Origin: an uncultured Candidatus Saccharibacteria bacterium
GTDB lineage: Bacteria; Patescibacteriota; Minisyncoccia; Phycocordibacterales; UBA918
Direction of reading: 5' to 3'
DNA length: 64,000 nucleotides
NCBI GenBank assembly: GCA_964402035.1
Contig: CAYOAM010000001.1
Coordinates: 371,558 to 435,557 of the forward strand
This document shows positions 10,773 through 19,901 of this stretch, one piece after another; within the stretch, counting starts at the first letter, position 1; each line of letters starts with the position of its first letter. Under the pieces are notes generated by a model, which saw only the letters and a program-made list of their open reading frames with translations, had not been told where the DNA came from and searched no databases. The translations under genes were made by a program, and so were the position numbers.

Positions 10773-11090
10773 GTGGGCTTTAGTGATACACGGATTGGAA
10801 ATCGTCCGATCGGAAGCATCGGAAACGGCTGCCTACACAACAAGCATGCTGGCGTGAGGAGGGGCAAAACCGAAGCTGAGCTGAAAACCGCAGCAATTGC
10901 ATTGGCGGCAGAAACGCAAAGACGTGAACAACTGCTTGCACATTTGACCATCCGCAAAATGGTCAGGTACAAAGATGGTGACAGTCCGCTCGGTGTTATA
11001 GTGGGGTTCACCGACCATGGTACTGTTAACGTGCGATCAGGCAGAAAAATTGCATCCTATTGCCCCTCTGTGCTGATCATGATGACCTAA
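10773..11090 (+). CDS. Hypothetical protein
   Basis: AAGGAG before GTG start, 105 aa, hairpin downstream. Confidence 0.5.
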   Translation: MGFSDTRIGNRPIGSIGNGCLHNKHAGVRRGKTEAELKTAAIALAAETQRREQLLAHLTIRKMVRYKDGDSPLGVIVGFTDHGTVNVRSGRKIASYCPSVLIMMT

Positions 11091-11118
11091 GGCGAGTGCT
11101 CTCTACGAGAGCGCTTTT

Positions 11119-11883
11119 TTAATTTTTGGATGGATTTTTACTATCAAAATGTGATAGGACTTGATCTTCGAGTGCAAAAAACGCAGCAGAGCGTGCATCA
11201 CGTGGTCTTGTGAGCTCATTTTGTATCACCGCTTTAATAGAGCTTGGACGATCAGAGAATACCGCAATTCGATCCGCCAAGAGCACCGCTTCATCAATAT
11301 AGTGACTCACCATGACCACGGTCGTCTTATGCTCTTCCCACAGCGTCAATAGCACTTTCCGTAAGTTTTCTGCGGTAAAAAAATCGAGTTCAGAGAATGG
11401 TTCGTCCAGAAATATGACGTCGGGCTTTATCACAAATGCACGGGCAAGCCCGACCCGTTGCTTCATACCTCCTGAGAGCTCATGTGGAAATCTATCCTTA
11501 AAAGCAATAAGGTCAAAAACTTCGAGTATATGTTTGACCTCAGCATGACGCTGGTGCTCTGGCATACTCTTCCCTATTAAATTAAGTTCTACATTTTGAA
11601 ATATTGTCAGCCATGGAAGCACACCAAAGTTTTGAAAGACAAAACTACTATTTTCTAGCCTAAAGCGTTCACTATACTCTATATGCCCGCTCGTCGCATG
11701 ATCAAGACCAGCCATGATACGAAGCAGTGTAGACTTCCCACATCCAGACGGCCCTAGCAATATGAGAAATTCACCTTGCTCGACCGCAAGGTCAATGTCT
11801 TTAAAGACTTCCACGCGCCTATTCCCTTCCTTTTTAGGAAATATTTTTGCAAGCTTCTTAATGGTAATGATGGGTGTGCGCAT
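11119..11883 (-). CDS. ABC transporter ATP-binding protein, NitT/TauT family
   Basis: GPSGCGKST, LSGGMKQR, LDEPF, SHYIDEA. Confidence 0.92.
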   Translation of the reverse strand: MRTPIITIKKLAKIFPKKEGNRRVEVFKDIDLAVEQGEFLILLGPSGCGKSTLLRIMAGLDHATSGHIEYSERFRLENSSFVFQNFGVLPWLTIFQNVELNLIGKSMPEHQRHAEVKHILEVFDLIAFKDRFPHELSGGMKQRVGLARAFVIKPDVIFLDEPFSELDFFTAENLRKVLLTLWEEHKTTVVMVSHYIDEAVLLADRIAVFSDRPSSIKAVIQNELTRPRDARSAAFFALEDQVLSHFDSKNPSKN

Positions 11884-11884
11884 A

Positions 11885-12607
11885 TTATTGTTCGAGCATA
11901 CGATGGCTCTTCTCCAAAAGCGGCAACCAAATAAATTTATTCAATGCATAAATGATGGAAAGAAAAATCAAAATGCCAAATAATGTCTTTACCGAGTCAT
12001 TTGAAAATATCGTGAAAAATGGCCCGAGACCTGTTTTGGTATGCAACAGCAACTCAGTTGCAATGAGCGCCTCCCACCCCTCGCCCAAACCAATGATCGC
12101 ACCGGTCACAATACCAGGCGCAGTAACCGGTAGCAAAAAGTAGCGTATGTAATCAATTCCTCGAATACGACTCATACGTACCGCTTCAAGCCAACTGCGA
12201 TCCACTTGCTTTAATGCGCTCACTATGGAAAAGATAATGGGCCAAATAATCGTGATCGTGAGAAAGAAAATAATGGTGGTCTCAGTTTGTCCAAAATAAT
12301 GCACAGCGATCGGTAAAATCACAAAAGTTGGTAGACTTTGTAAGACATCAAAAAGTGCGAGTACCGGACTTTCCGTCTTGCCTCGTATGAGAAGTACAAC
12401 CAGAAACCACGCCAAAACAGTGGCAAGTACAAAAGCCGCAAAAAGTCTCCACATAGAAATCGAGAGATCCCGCATAGCAGTACCAAACGAAATGTCGCTC
12501 ACTTGTGAAAAAACAAACAGTGACACGAGCGGCAACACGAGGATGCCAAAAGCAATGAGCACGTGCCTACGAGAGCGATTGAGCGAGAAGTGGTGATACG
12601 CACGCAT
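11885..12607 (-). CDS. ABC transporter permease, NitT/TauT family
   Basis: DVLQSLP, EAA-like loop, W..LIA.E, about six TM helices; adjacent to the ATPase. Confidence 0.85.
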   Translation of the reverse strand: MRAYHHFSLNRSRRHVLIAFGILVLPLVSLFVFSQVSDISFGTAMRDLSISMWRLFAAFVLATVLAWFLVVLLIRGKTESPVLALFDVLQSLPTFVILPIAVHYFGQTETTIIFFLTITIIWPIIFSIVSALKQVDRSWLEAVRMSRIRGIDYIRYFLLPVTAPGIVTGAIIGLGEGWEALIATELLLHTKTGLGPFFTIFSNDSVKTLFGILIFLSIIYALNKFIWLPLLEKSHRMLEQ

Positions 12608-12735
12608 TGCATAATGCTACCATATACCTGGAGCCGCTTTTGGTATATCTGAGATGTGAGTATACTCGTTGCGGTATGTACGAGCCTGAGCCAGGAGCAA
12701 TGGCACAAAACCAGTTTACGACTGCTTTCTTGGCG

Positions 12736-14103
12736 CTATTTTTTTATCGAAGCTTTTTTTAGCGGAATGATCATCGGAGTTTTTCCCGTCTTTGGATTTG
12801 GTGCGATACTTTCGACAAACGAAAGCTGCACATCGACATCAGTTTTCCTGAGACATTTTTCTGCAAGAAGAAGTCCAATAAGTGTCTGTATTTCTTCAGT
12901 GATTCGCTCCCTATCACCCTCTACAACCATCCGCAGTACGACTGTCCGCACCCCTGTCTGTTCAATTTGATACTGTTTTAATCCAGGGAAAAATAGACCC
13001 ACAAGATCCATGGGATGAATTTCAACCACTCGCTTATCTTTAAGTGTAAGAGTAATTCGGTCGAGTTTCCTTCCAGTCACCTGACTGATGCGTGTAAATG
13101 AAAAAGCATCATCCTCGCCCTCAATCGTCAGTTCATCGTCAAGTGTATAGCGAATCAGAGGGAAAATATCATTGCCAAAAATAGTGATGACCACCCGCCC
13201 CAATACACCAGAAGGGACAACGGCCCCGTGGTCATCAATAGCCTCAAGTTTTAAAATATCATCAAATACATCGAGCGTGCCAGAGCTATGGAGACTTGCC
13301 GCCATCGCGAGGCATTCAGTTGCGCCGTAGTAGTCGACAGGACGTCTACCGAAAGCAAGTTTGATCCGCTCTTCGCGATCTGCTGTTAGAGGTTCGCCTG
13401 AGGTGATGATCATCTTGGGCGCAAGATCAAGTAGTTTTTGTATTTGCGCTTCAGCAACGACGACAAGCCCACTCGCATACCCCACAAGCACTGTTGGCTT
13501 AAATGCAGTGAGTTTTTTTACTAACTCCTCTTGTGGCAGCGCAACATCGACACTCAAGGTCTTTAGAAATGGCACATCGTTGACGAGGCTAAAGCCTGCA
13601 TGATGTCCCGATGCTTCACCGATAAAAGCGATACGCACGCGTCCTAAAAGGAAATCACTGATCGGGAGTGGCAGCAAACGTGAAGCAACGGTCCCTGAAA
13701 GCCGTGCCCAAAACTTCAAAGAGAACAAGAAGATACCAACAAACCCAGATGAGCCCGATGTATTGATCGCAATATATTTGTTTTGAAAAAGCTCCTTTCC
13801 GGTTGGATCTTGTCGTATAAAATCTTCAATGGCCCCCTTCTCTATCCCCGGGACCGTGATCACGTCCTCAAAATGTGTCATGAGGTCATGTTTATTGACC
13901 GTCGGAAATTTTGAAAGTGGCGTTCGCAGGAGTGTTGCACGTGTAATCCCAGCCTTCGCCCAAAGCTCGCGATAAAATTTTGAATGCGTATGCGCATGGA
14001 GTAACGTCGCATGCAGCCGTCGCTCTTGCAGTGACAATACTTTCTTGCGTGGAAACGAAAAAATCCGTCGTGCATTAAAATAACTTATGATTCCAAAGAA
14101 CAT
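12736..14103 (-). CDS. Phenylacetate--CoA ligase (PaaK/CapK)-like adenylate-forming enzyme
   Basis: TSGSSG P-loop, SGEPL, YGATE, PLIRY..DD, GR motifs. Confidence 0.85.
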   Translation of the reverse strand: MFFGIISYFNARRIFSFPRKKVLSLQERRLHATLLHAHTHSKFYRELWAKAGITRATLLRTPLSKFPTVNKHDLMTHFEDVITVPGIEKGAIEDFIRQDPTGKELFQNKYIAINTSGSSGFVGIFLFSLKFWARLSGTVASRLLPLPISDFLLGRVRIAFIGEASGHHAGFSLVNDVPFLKTLSVDVALPQEELVKKLTAFKPTVLVGYASGLVVVAEAQIQKLLDLAPKMIITSGEPLTADREERIKLAFGRRPVDYYGATECLAMAASLHSSGTLDVFDDILKLEAIDDHGAVVPSGVLGRVVITIFGNDIFPLIRYTLDDELTIEGEDDAFSFTRISQVTGRKLDRITLTLKDKRVVEIHPMDLVGLFFPGLKQYQIEQTGVRTVVLRMVVEGDRERITEEIQTLIGLLLAEKCLRKTDVDVQLSFVESIAPNPKTGKTPMIIPLKKASIKK

Positions 14104-14110
14104 ACCTGAA

Positions 14111-14794
14111 CTAAGTCTCTAAATATTCCTTTAAACGCTCTTCTCCCAACGGGTGATCACCTTTGGGTATTCTAAAACTCTCCCTTAACTCTCTCCAATG
14201 GTTTTTATTTAGTATCCAATTAATGCAAAATACAATAAGCAAGCCAATGAGTCCACCCAACATAGCTAGGGCCATATCTTTTTGGGCATCCCATATATCT
14301 CCCTGACTCCCTAAAAATGCCAACCCGACCGCAGGATCAACACTGCGAGCAGCGGCCCATTCTATGATTTCATACAGAGCTGAAGATGCTCCTACAAGAT
14401 CGAGTGGGAAGTAGTACGACCAAAACCCCTTGACACGCGATATACGTATGAAGACTTCTCGCATAGGATATACCAGAAGCAGACCAAAGCTAAAATGTAC
14501 CAATCGGTCATACATATTTCGGTCAGAACCAAACCAGTCTTGCAGCGTAAAGCCAAAAGGCACACTCGAATACGTGTAATGAGATCCAATAACGTGCAGT
14601 ACCATAAAGAGCGTAATCAGCGTATACGAAATATTTGAAAGCCGAAAATACCGCCCCAGCACAAGTAGGAATGGTACAAAACCAAAAACTAAGTAATTCT
14701 CCAACAGCCAATCGTGCGGATACAACGGGTTAATCGCTGCCCAAATCCACGCAACGACAAAAATAATAAGGAGAGATATCTTGTACATGCTCAC
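14111..14794 (-). CDS. Inner membrane protein YjdF/DUF2238 family
   Basis: WLLEN, H..G.HYTY..VP, RNMYDRLVHF, YE..EW, FLGSQGDIWDAQKDM. Confidence 0.88.
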   Translation of the reverse strand: MSMYKISLLIIFVVAWIWAAINPLYPHDWLLENYLVFGFVPFLLVLGRYFRLSNISYTLITLFMVLHVIGSHYTYSSVPFGFTLQDWFGSDRNMYDRLVHFSFGLLLVYPMREVFIRISRVKGFWSYYFPLDLVGASSALYEIIEWAAARSVDPAVGLAFLGSQGDIWDAQKDMALAMLGGLIGLLIVFCINWILNKNHWRELRESFRIPKGDHPLGEERLKEYLET

Positions 14795-14978
14795 CCATAA
14801 AGCATATCAGGACACGGAGACTGAATTGTGTGTTGTACACAAATGCTGCTGCGTTTTATAAAATAAACCGGGCAGCCCACCACCTCTGTCTCCTTTTGTT
14901 TTTGAGCTAAATTTGGTATAACAGACGAGCAGATTTACTGCCTGCTTTAAAGTAAGTGAAGTGGTAAATCTAACCGGT

Positions 14979-15167
14979 CTCCCCTTCACAGGGGCAGTAC
15001 ACCTTCAGGATTTTTTGTCTCCCTTCGGTCACAAAAAACCTCTGAAGGTCCCAAAACAGTCCCCCGGACTTTTTCTCCCTACGGGAGCAGTACACCTTGC
15101 TGCTACTTTTGTTGCTTCGCACAAAAGATACCTATCAAGGTCCCAAAACAGTCCCCCGGACTTTTTT
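14979..15167. repeat. Two tandem ~93-bp structured repeats directly upstream of tRNA-Glu
   Basis: Identical GCAGTACACCTT (14994, 15087) and AAGGTCCCAAAACAGTCCCCCGGACTTTTT (15045, 15137) flank different internal hairpins. Confidence 0.85.
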
Positions 15168-15239
15168 GGCCCTATCGTCTAACGGTTAGGACGGAGCCTT
15201 CTCAAGGCTCAAATCAGGGTTCGATTCCCTGTAGGGTCA
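15168..15239 (+). tRNA. tRNA-Glu(CTC)
   Basis: Cloverleaf: acceptor GGCCCTA/TAGGGTC, anticodon arm GAGCC-TT-CTC-AA-GGCTC, T-loop GGTTCGATTCC; CCA not encoded. Confidence 0.95.
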
Positions 15240-15566
15240 TGGTTTAAGTTTACTTCACAAAAGAGCACTATTTCAGTGCTCTTTTGTGTTTAGTAAACTC
15301 ACCATGACCCTAAGCAGGCAACCTATGTTGCCTGCGTCGGGGAATCGAAGCGGCGCAGTATATCGCAAAGCGATACGAGCCGCCGTCCAGAAGTCTTAGT
15401 ATTTTAAATATTTTAGTATTTAAAATACTAAGAACTTCGGGGACGATCCAGAACCGGCAAGAGTCCTTACGGGACCCGTTTAGGTTGTATGATATTTTTT
15501 TCAAAAATAATCGACAACCTCTTGAGAAGCTACATGTATTCGCTTCTCAACCCTGTAGGGTCACCA
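15240..15566. other. tRNA-associated structured element ending in a direct copy of the tRNA-Glu 3' end
   Basis: Long hairpin, antisense tRNA 3' copy (15305-15349) with 25-nt hairpin insert, further stem-loops, then CCCTGTAGGGTCACCA at 15551-15566. Confidence 0.7.
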
Positions 15567-15618
15567 TTGACAGCTAGCACTAATAGGTTTGTAATGAATG
15601 CATTTAGAGCTAGCTGTA

Positions 15619-15665
15619 GAAGCATACGAAATCCCCTAAATTGATTAGGGGATTTCGTATGCTTC
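15619..15665. repeat. Perfect 21-bp inverted repeat
   Basis: GAAGCATACGAAATCCCCTAA-attga-TTAGGGGATTTCGTATGCTTC. Confidence 0.85.
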
Positions 15666-15729
15666 AAGATAAATCACTTTTGCAAGAGTTTTTCGGTCCG
15701 CGCCATACTGAATCAGTTATACTTGGATA

Positions 15730-16359
15730 ATGTTTGAACGAAACTCTTTAAGTGACAAGATATTATTTTTAAAATTTGGACTTTTAAATCTCATCTTATT
15801 TTTACTAGTCTATGTTCCAACTAATAATTTACCCCATGAAACATACTTTCAACCATATTTTCTCTGGGAACTTCAGACACAACGAATAGACTGGATGATA
15901 ATTCCATACCATAGTTTCAACTTACTCTTTCTCATCCCTTTGTTTCTCCTCAGAGGCAGACATATCAAAATACTTGGAGTATCATTTTTTTTAACCACTG
16001 TAATCGCGGGGCTCTTCTTTATAATATTTCCCACCCAACTTGGTTTTGTGAGAATAGTTCCTGAAGGTTTCTTCACCTTTTTTTACGAGCATCTATACAA
16101 GTTGGATAATACGACAAATCTTGTTCCTTCATTGCATGTTACGTATGTAACACTTTATTTTATATCTTGTGTACCATTCTTGAAGAGAAAGCTTTCTAAA
16201 ATGTTATTCACTCTATTTACTCTGACAATTATAAGTTCAACATTCTTTACACATCAGCATCATATAGTTGATATAGTATCTGGGATCCTCTTAGCTTCTT
16301 CTGTCTACTGGTTTGTCAGCTATAAATTATTTCAGGAAAATTCTCAACATCTGCAATAA
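15730..16359 (+). CDS. PAP2-superfamily membrane phosphatase/phosphotransferase
   Basis: N..PSLHV and ST..THQHH..D...G catalytic motifs; multiple TM helices. Confidence 0.8.
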   Translation: MFERNSLSDKILFLKFGLLNLILFLLVYVPTNNLPHETYFQPYFLWELQTQRIDWMIIPYHSFNLLFLIPLFLLRGRHIKILGVSFFLTTVIAGLFFIIFPTQLGFVRIVPEGFFTFFYEHLYKLDNTTNLVPSLHVTYVTLYFISCVPFLKRKLSKMLFTLFTLTIISSTFFTHQHHIVDIVSGILLASSVYWFVSYKLFQENSQHLQ

Positions 16360-17251
16360 CAGCAGGGGCCTTTTCGAAATTTGGTCGCATACCCCACCAG
16401 AGACTCAACCATCGTTTGAAATATGAATATTGTGGGACTGTATGATATTTAGGGTTAGACAACTCTGTCCAAGGAAGAAATGGGAACTTATGGTGTGCAT
16501 GATCCCACTGTCCATTCAAGAGTACTGCACCATGTATCTTACTTACAGAAAGATCTGAAGCTCCTTCAACTACATTTCTTGGTGTCCATGCATGAGTAAC
16601 ATATTGACGCGTTGCCCAATTAATACCAAAGCAAGCGTAAACAATCAAAACACTTTGCCACTGTAAGGAAAGAATATTCCACATTACGATCCATAGGGTG
16701 ATAGTAAAAATAATCTCAAGCCGTACTTTTGTAATAACCTTTCCTTTAAATTCGTTAAATAAGATACTTGAGAATGGCGATTGTCTAAAAGGTTTAGTCT
16801 TAAAGAACCAAGGTGCTATTGCCATCAGTAGATTTCCGAGTGGTACTAATGGGTAATATATGCCGGTGAGTATCCCGTACCATTGAATGTTTTTTGTAAT
16901 CTTATTATCATTGGGATAATAGTAATCGAAGAGTTCATGATCCGTCCTATTTCCCCGATGATGCATTCGATGAGCAATCTCGAACATGGTGAAGGATTTT
17001 GGAAATAAGCTGTGACAAAGTACTCCGAGGATATAATTCATCTTTTTCGATTTATGGAGTACGTGATGTACCGATTCGTGCATAAGTGCATAATTCGTAA
17101 GTAGCACAAACGAAAATAATATTCCTATCGGAATCGACCAAATAAGCTCAAGACGCGAACCTAACCAAAGCAAGCCAAATGCTCCAATTTGAATCAGAAC
17201 AACGAGTAGTAGGTTGAGTCTACTAGGTAATTTAATCGTTGTAATTTTCAT
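16316..17251 (-). CDS. Membrane-bound fatty acid desaturase family protein
   Basis: Three His boxes HESVH, HRMHH, HAHH with intervening TM segments. Confidence 0.85.
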   Translation of the reverse strand: MKITTIKLPSRLNLLLVVLIQIGAFGLLWLGSRLELIWSIPIGILFSFVLLTNYALMHESVHHVLHKSKKMNYILGVLCHSLFPKSFTMFEIAHRMHHRGNRTDHELFDYYYPNDNKITKNIQWYGILTGIYYPLVPLGNLLMAIAPWFFKTKPFRQSPFSSILFNEFKGKVITKVRLEIIFTITLWIVMWNILSLQWQSVLIVYACFGINWATRQYVTHAWTPRNVVEGASDLSVSKIHGAVLLNGQWDHAHHKFPFLPWTELSNPKYHTVPQYSYFKRWLSLWWGMRPNFEKAPAVIADVENFPEIIYS

Positions 17252-17259
17252 TTGTGACT

Positions 17260-17880
17260 CTACGATTTACTTCTGCGGAAAAATCTAAATGCAATGAAAC
17301 CAAGAATGAGACCAAGTGCCACTCCACCTAAAGCAAAATACTTATTCCATGACTGAGCACTTGTGAGAAGCGGGTTATCGAACAGATTGCTTGTAAATTG
17401 TAAGGAGACAACTTTCCATGAACCATTCTCCTTAACTAGTGTAGTAGACCACTTTGATGTGACTTCCATTTCCATACCGGCTACAAAAGTATAGTGATCA
17501 ACTGCAGTTCCATATGCTATTGCCGTATCGCCGTAAAACTCAGTCAATTTGTCGGCAGTCACTTTTGTCTTTATACTCTTAAGGACGCCACCATTTTCAT
17601 TAAAAATCCTTTCTTGAAATGCTTTGACTTCAGCAACTCCATCAGCAACTTCTGCATTTTGGTAAATAATGTTCACATTTGGATCAAGGTACTTGATCAT
17701 GTCATCAAACCTACCCTCATTAATTGCCTTTTCCGCATCAATCAACATTGTTCTGAGAGCATTATGATCTGCGGTGCGGTCAGAAGTATCAACAGCAGAG
17801 GTGCTCGTTTGAGCAAATGTGGTGAGGCTAAAACTACCTGCTAAAATTAACCCTACCAGAAAAAAGAGTCCTTGTTTCAT
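17260..17880 (-). CDS. Exported NTF2/SnoaL-like (DUF4440-type) protein with C-terminal anchor
   Basis: Signal peptide, YGDTAIAYG and KENGSWKVVSLQF pattern, C-terminal TM helix plus basic tail. Confidence 0.65.
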   Translation of the reverse strand: MKQGLFFLVGLILAGSFSLTTFAQTSTSAVDTSDRTADHNALRTMLIDAEKAINEGRFDDMIKYLDPNVNIIYQNAEVADGVAEVKAFQERIFNENGGVLKSIKTKVTADKLTEFYGDTAIAYGTAVDHYTFVAGMEMEVTSKWSTTLVKENGSWKVVSLQFTSNLFDNPLLTSAQSWNKYFALGGVALGLILGFIAFRFFRRSKS

Positions 17881-17884
17881 AAAT

Positions 17885-18820
17885 TTAATTTGTATTATTA
17901 ATATAATGGCACATCTTATATATGATCCCACTCATATCACTTGTTCTGAGGAAATGGTCAACTCCCCACACGGGATACACCTCACCAGAGATGTGTATCA
18001 AATCCTTGAGAAGAATTATACCATCATTCGGACCTGATGGAGCAAGTGTTTTATATCTTTTTACAAGAAATGGTTCTACATGTGAAAGTAGTGGGAACCC
18101 AACGATATGAACTACTTTAATATGTGAATCTAGAAGCATTTCTTTTTGCAAAGACTTGTTCCTGCACGCAATTTGATCTGTGACAGCATAATCAATCCTC
18201 AAGACTTTCAGCGTTAAGTACCAAATTATTTTCGTCAAAAAAGTACGAAGTTTTTTATCTGCGTGGGGTGTTCCGTTGATTAGACCACCAATACTGATCC
18301 ATCCTTTAATATTTTTTGCAAGATTTTTACCTCGTAATTCTTCAAGCGCTAAACGAACTTCTGTAGAACCTTTACTTAAAGAGACAAGCCAAACATTGTT
18401 ATGCTGGTTATCACGGAGTTTACTTAAGATGATTTCTTTATTATCTAAAACTGACCCTCGACTAAGCACTTCAACAGTCTCTGTTTCGAATCCAAATTTC
18501 TCTGCAATATTTCTGACCAATAATCCGTCCCCGCCAATATCACCATGTTCTTTATAGAACATGCCCGGTATTATAATTATTTTCGTCGGTTGATTAGGTG
18601 CTGATAGTGACGTGGAGAAATTATTAATAGTGGCAATAAAGTTCTTGTGTTTCATGAGTAAATACTTATACAGCATTGCTGTCGCCTGATCAGTACCATG
18701 CGCAGAAGTCACTTCGTCTACTTTTTCAAGTATCAGGTCACTAGTAAAAACAACTGATGTCTTTTTAAACAGTTCAATTTCATCTATAAGCGGTGAATTA
18801 CGGACAATCCCTCTTTTCAT
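17885..18820 (-). CDS. Putative alpha/beta hydrolase (lipase/thioesterase-like)
   Basis: IPG oxyanion-like motif, SLSKG elbow, NDG and DH motifs. Confidence 0.6.
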   Translation of the reverse strand: MKRGIVRNSPLIDEIELFKKTSVVFTSDLILEKVDEVTSAHGTDQATAMLYKYLLMKHKNFIATINNFSTSLSAPNQPTKIIIIPGMFYKEHGDIGGDGLLVRNIAEKFGFETETVEVLSRGSVLDNKEIILSKLRDNQHNNVWLVSLSKGSTEVRLALEELRGKNLAKNIKGWISIGGLINGTPHADKKLRTFLTKIIWYLTLKVLRIDYAVTDQIACRNKSLQKEMLLDSHIKVVHIVGFPLLSHVEPFLVKRYKTLAPSGPNDGIILLKDLIHISGEVYPVWGVDHFLRTSDMSGIIYKMCHYINNTN

Positions 18821-18822
18821 AA

Positions 18823-19782
18823 TTATTTATTCATTGGGTATCGAGGCAACTTGTCCCAATAATTCCAAAAATCAACTGCAGAAGCATCTTCTATCGTAAG
18901 AATGCCCTTTTTCGGTTTCATATTCTTTTGTATAGGAAAATCGGGTTTAAGAAAAGAGAAACTCATGAATCTCAAAAATGATAATCTTGGTTTCTCAATT
19001 ATTCGCAGAAATGAGGTTCGGGATTCTTTAGGAAGAGCGACAACAAAATAAAGTGTTGTCGTTTTATTTCCTTCGTTTGGGAGGAGTGCAAGAAAAGCAC
19101 AGTGCCCTGTAATCTTGTTATGAACCATAATAAGATTACCACCGTAATAATCCAATTGAATATTTGACTTAAGTAAACCAAGAAATTTTATTATGTAGTC
19201 ATACCACCTTCTAACAATAAGACCAATTTCAAGGCTAATGCCAATATGAAATATATTCTGACTAAACACAGTATGACTAAACACAGTACGATTATGGACA
19301 TTATAAAAATGCCATGTATCAAAACCATTAAGGCTAACTGCCAGATACGGGTTTTGCAACTGATGCACCAACGGCATTGAATATGCCGGATTTGCTATTT
19401 CAGTAAATTGCGGAATTTCGAAAAGAGGTTTTTCTCCCCAAAATATGAACACGAGACCATACCTTTCCTCCACAAAAAGTCTGCCTGTTACAACTTGTGA
19501 GGGCTTAAGATTTGAGGGTGGCATTTTTGTGCATTCTCCATCTGCATTAAACTGCCATTCATGAAGTGGGCAAGCAATGCAATTGTCCTTAACCGTCCCA
19601 TTTGCAAGGTCGGTTCCCATGTGAGGACAAAACCTGCTCACCATACCGAGTTTTCCATCACCACCTCTAAATAGAAGCCAATCTGTTCCGTTAAACAAGA
19701 TCGGCTTAAGCTGTTTTCTCTTGATTTCACGTGATAAACAGATTGGGTACCATGATTGAGGTAAGGAGAATTGTTCTGCCAT
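18823..19782 (-). CDS. Rieske [2Fe-2S] non-heme iron oxygenase alpha subunit
   Basis: CPH...CPLH Rieske motif; N..D..H...VH iron motif. Confidence 0.88.
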   Translation of the reverse strand: MAEQFSLPQSWYPICLSREIKRKQLKPILFNGTDWLLFRGGDGKLGMVSRFCPHMGTDLANGTVKDNCIACPLHEWQFNADGECTKMPPSNLKPSQVVTGRLFVEERYGLVFIFWGEKPLFEIPQFTEIANPAYSMPLVHQLQNPYLAVSLNGFDTWHFYNVHNRTVFSHTVFSQNIFHIGISLEIGLIVRRWYDYIIKFLGLLKSNIQLDYYGGNLIMVHNKITGHCAFLALLPNEGNKTTTLYFVVALPKESRTSFLRIIEKPRLSFLRFMSFSFLKPDFPIQKNMKPKKGILTIEDASAVDFWNYWDKLPRYPMNK

Positions 19783-19812
19783 ATTTTTTAATTATCTAAC
19801 AATTATTCTGTT

Positions 19813-19840
19813 TTGACAATACAGCACAATACGGTACTAT
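19813..19840 (+). promoter_or_regulatory. Putative sigma70 promoter of the radical SAM operon
   Basis: TTGACA-N16-TACTAT in the divergent intergenic region. Confidence 0.45.
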
Positions 19841-19901
19841 TCGATGCGGATTGCCCTTGTTCATTGAAATAATTCACCAACCTCAACCTCTGGAGATTCT
19901 G

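Noticed and set aside
14979-15167. CRISPR array
   Set aside because: Only two units, ~62-nt intervening sequence that is itself structured and partly conserved, no cas genes
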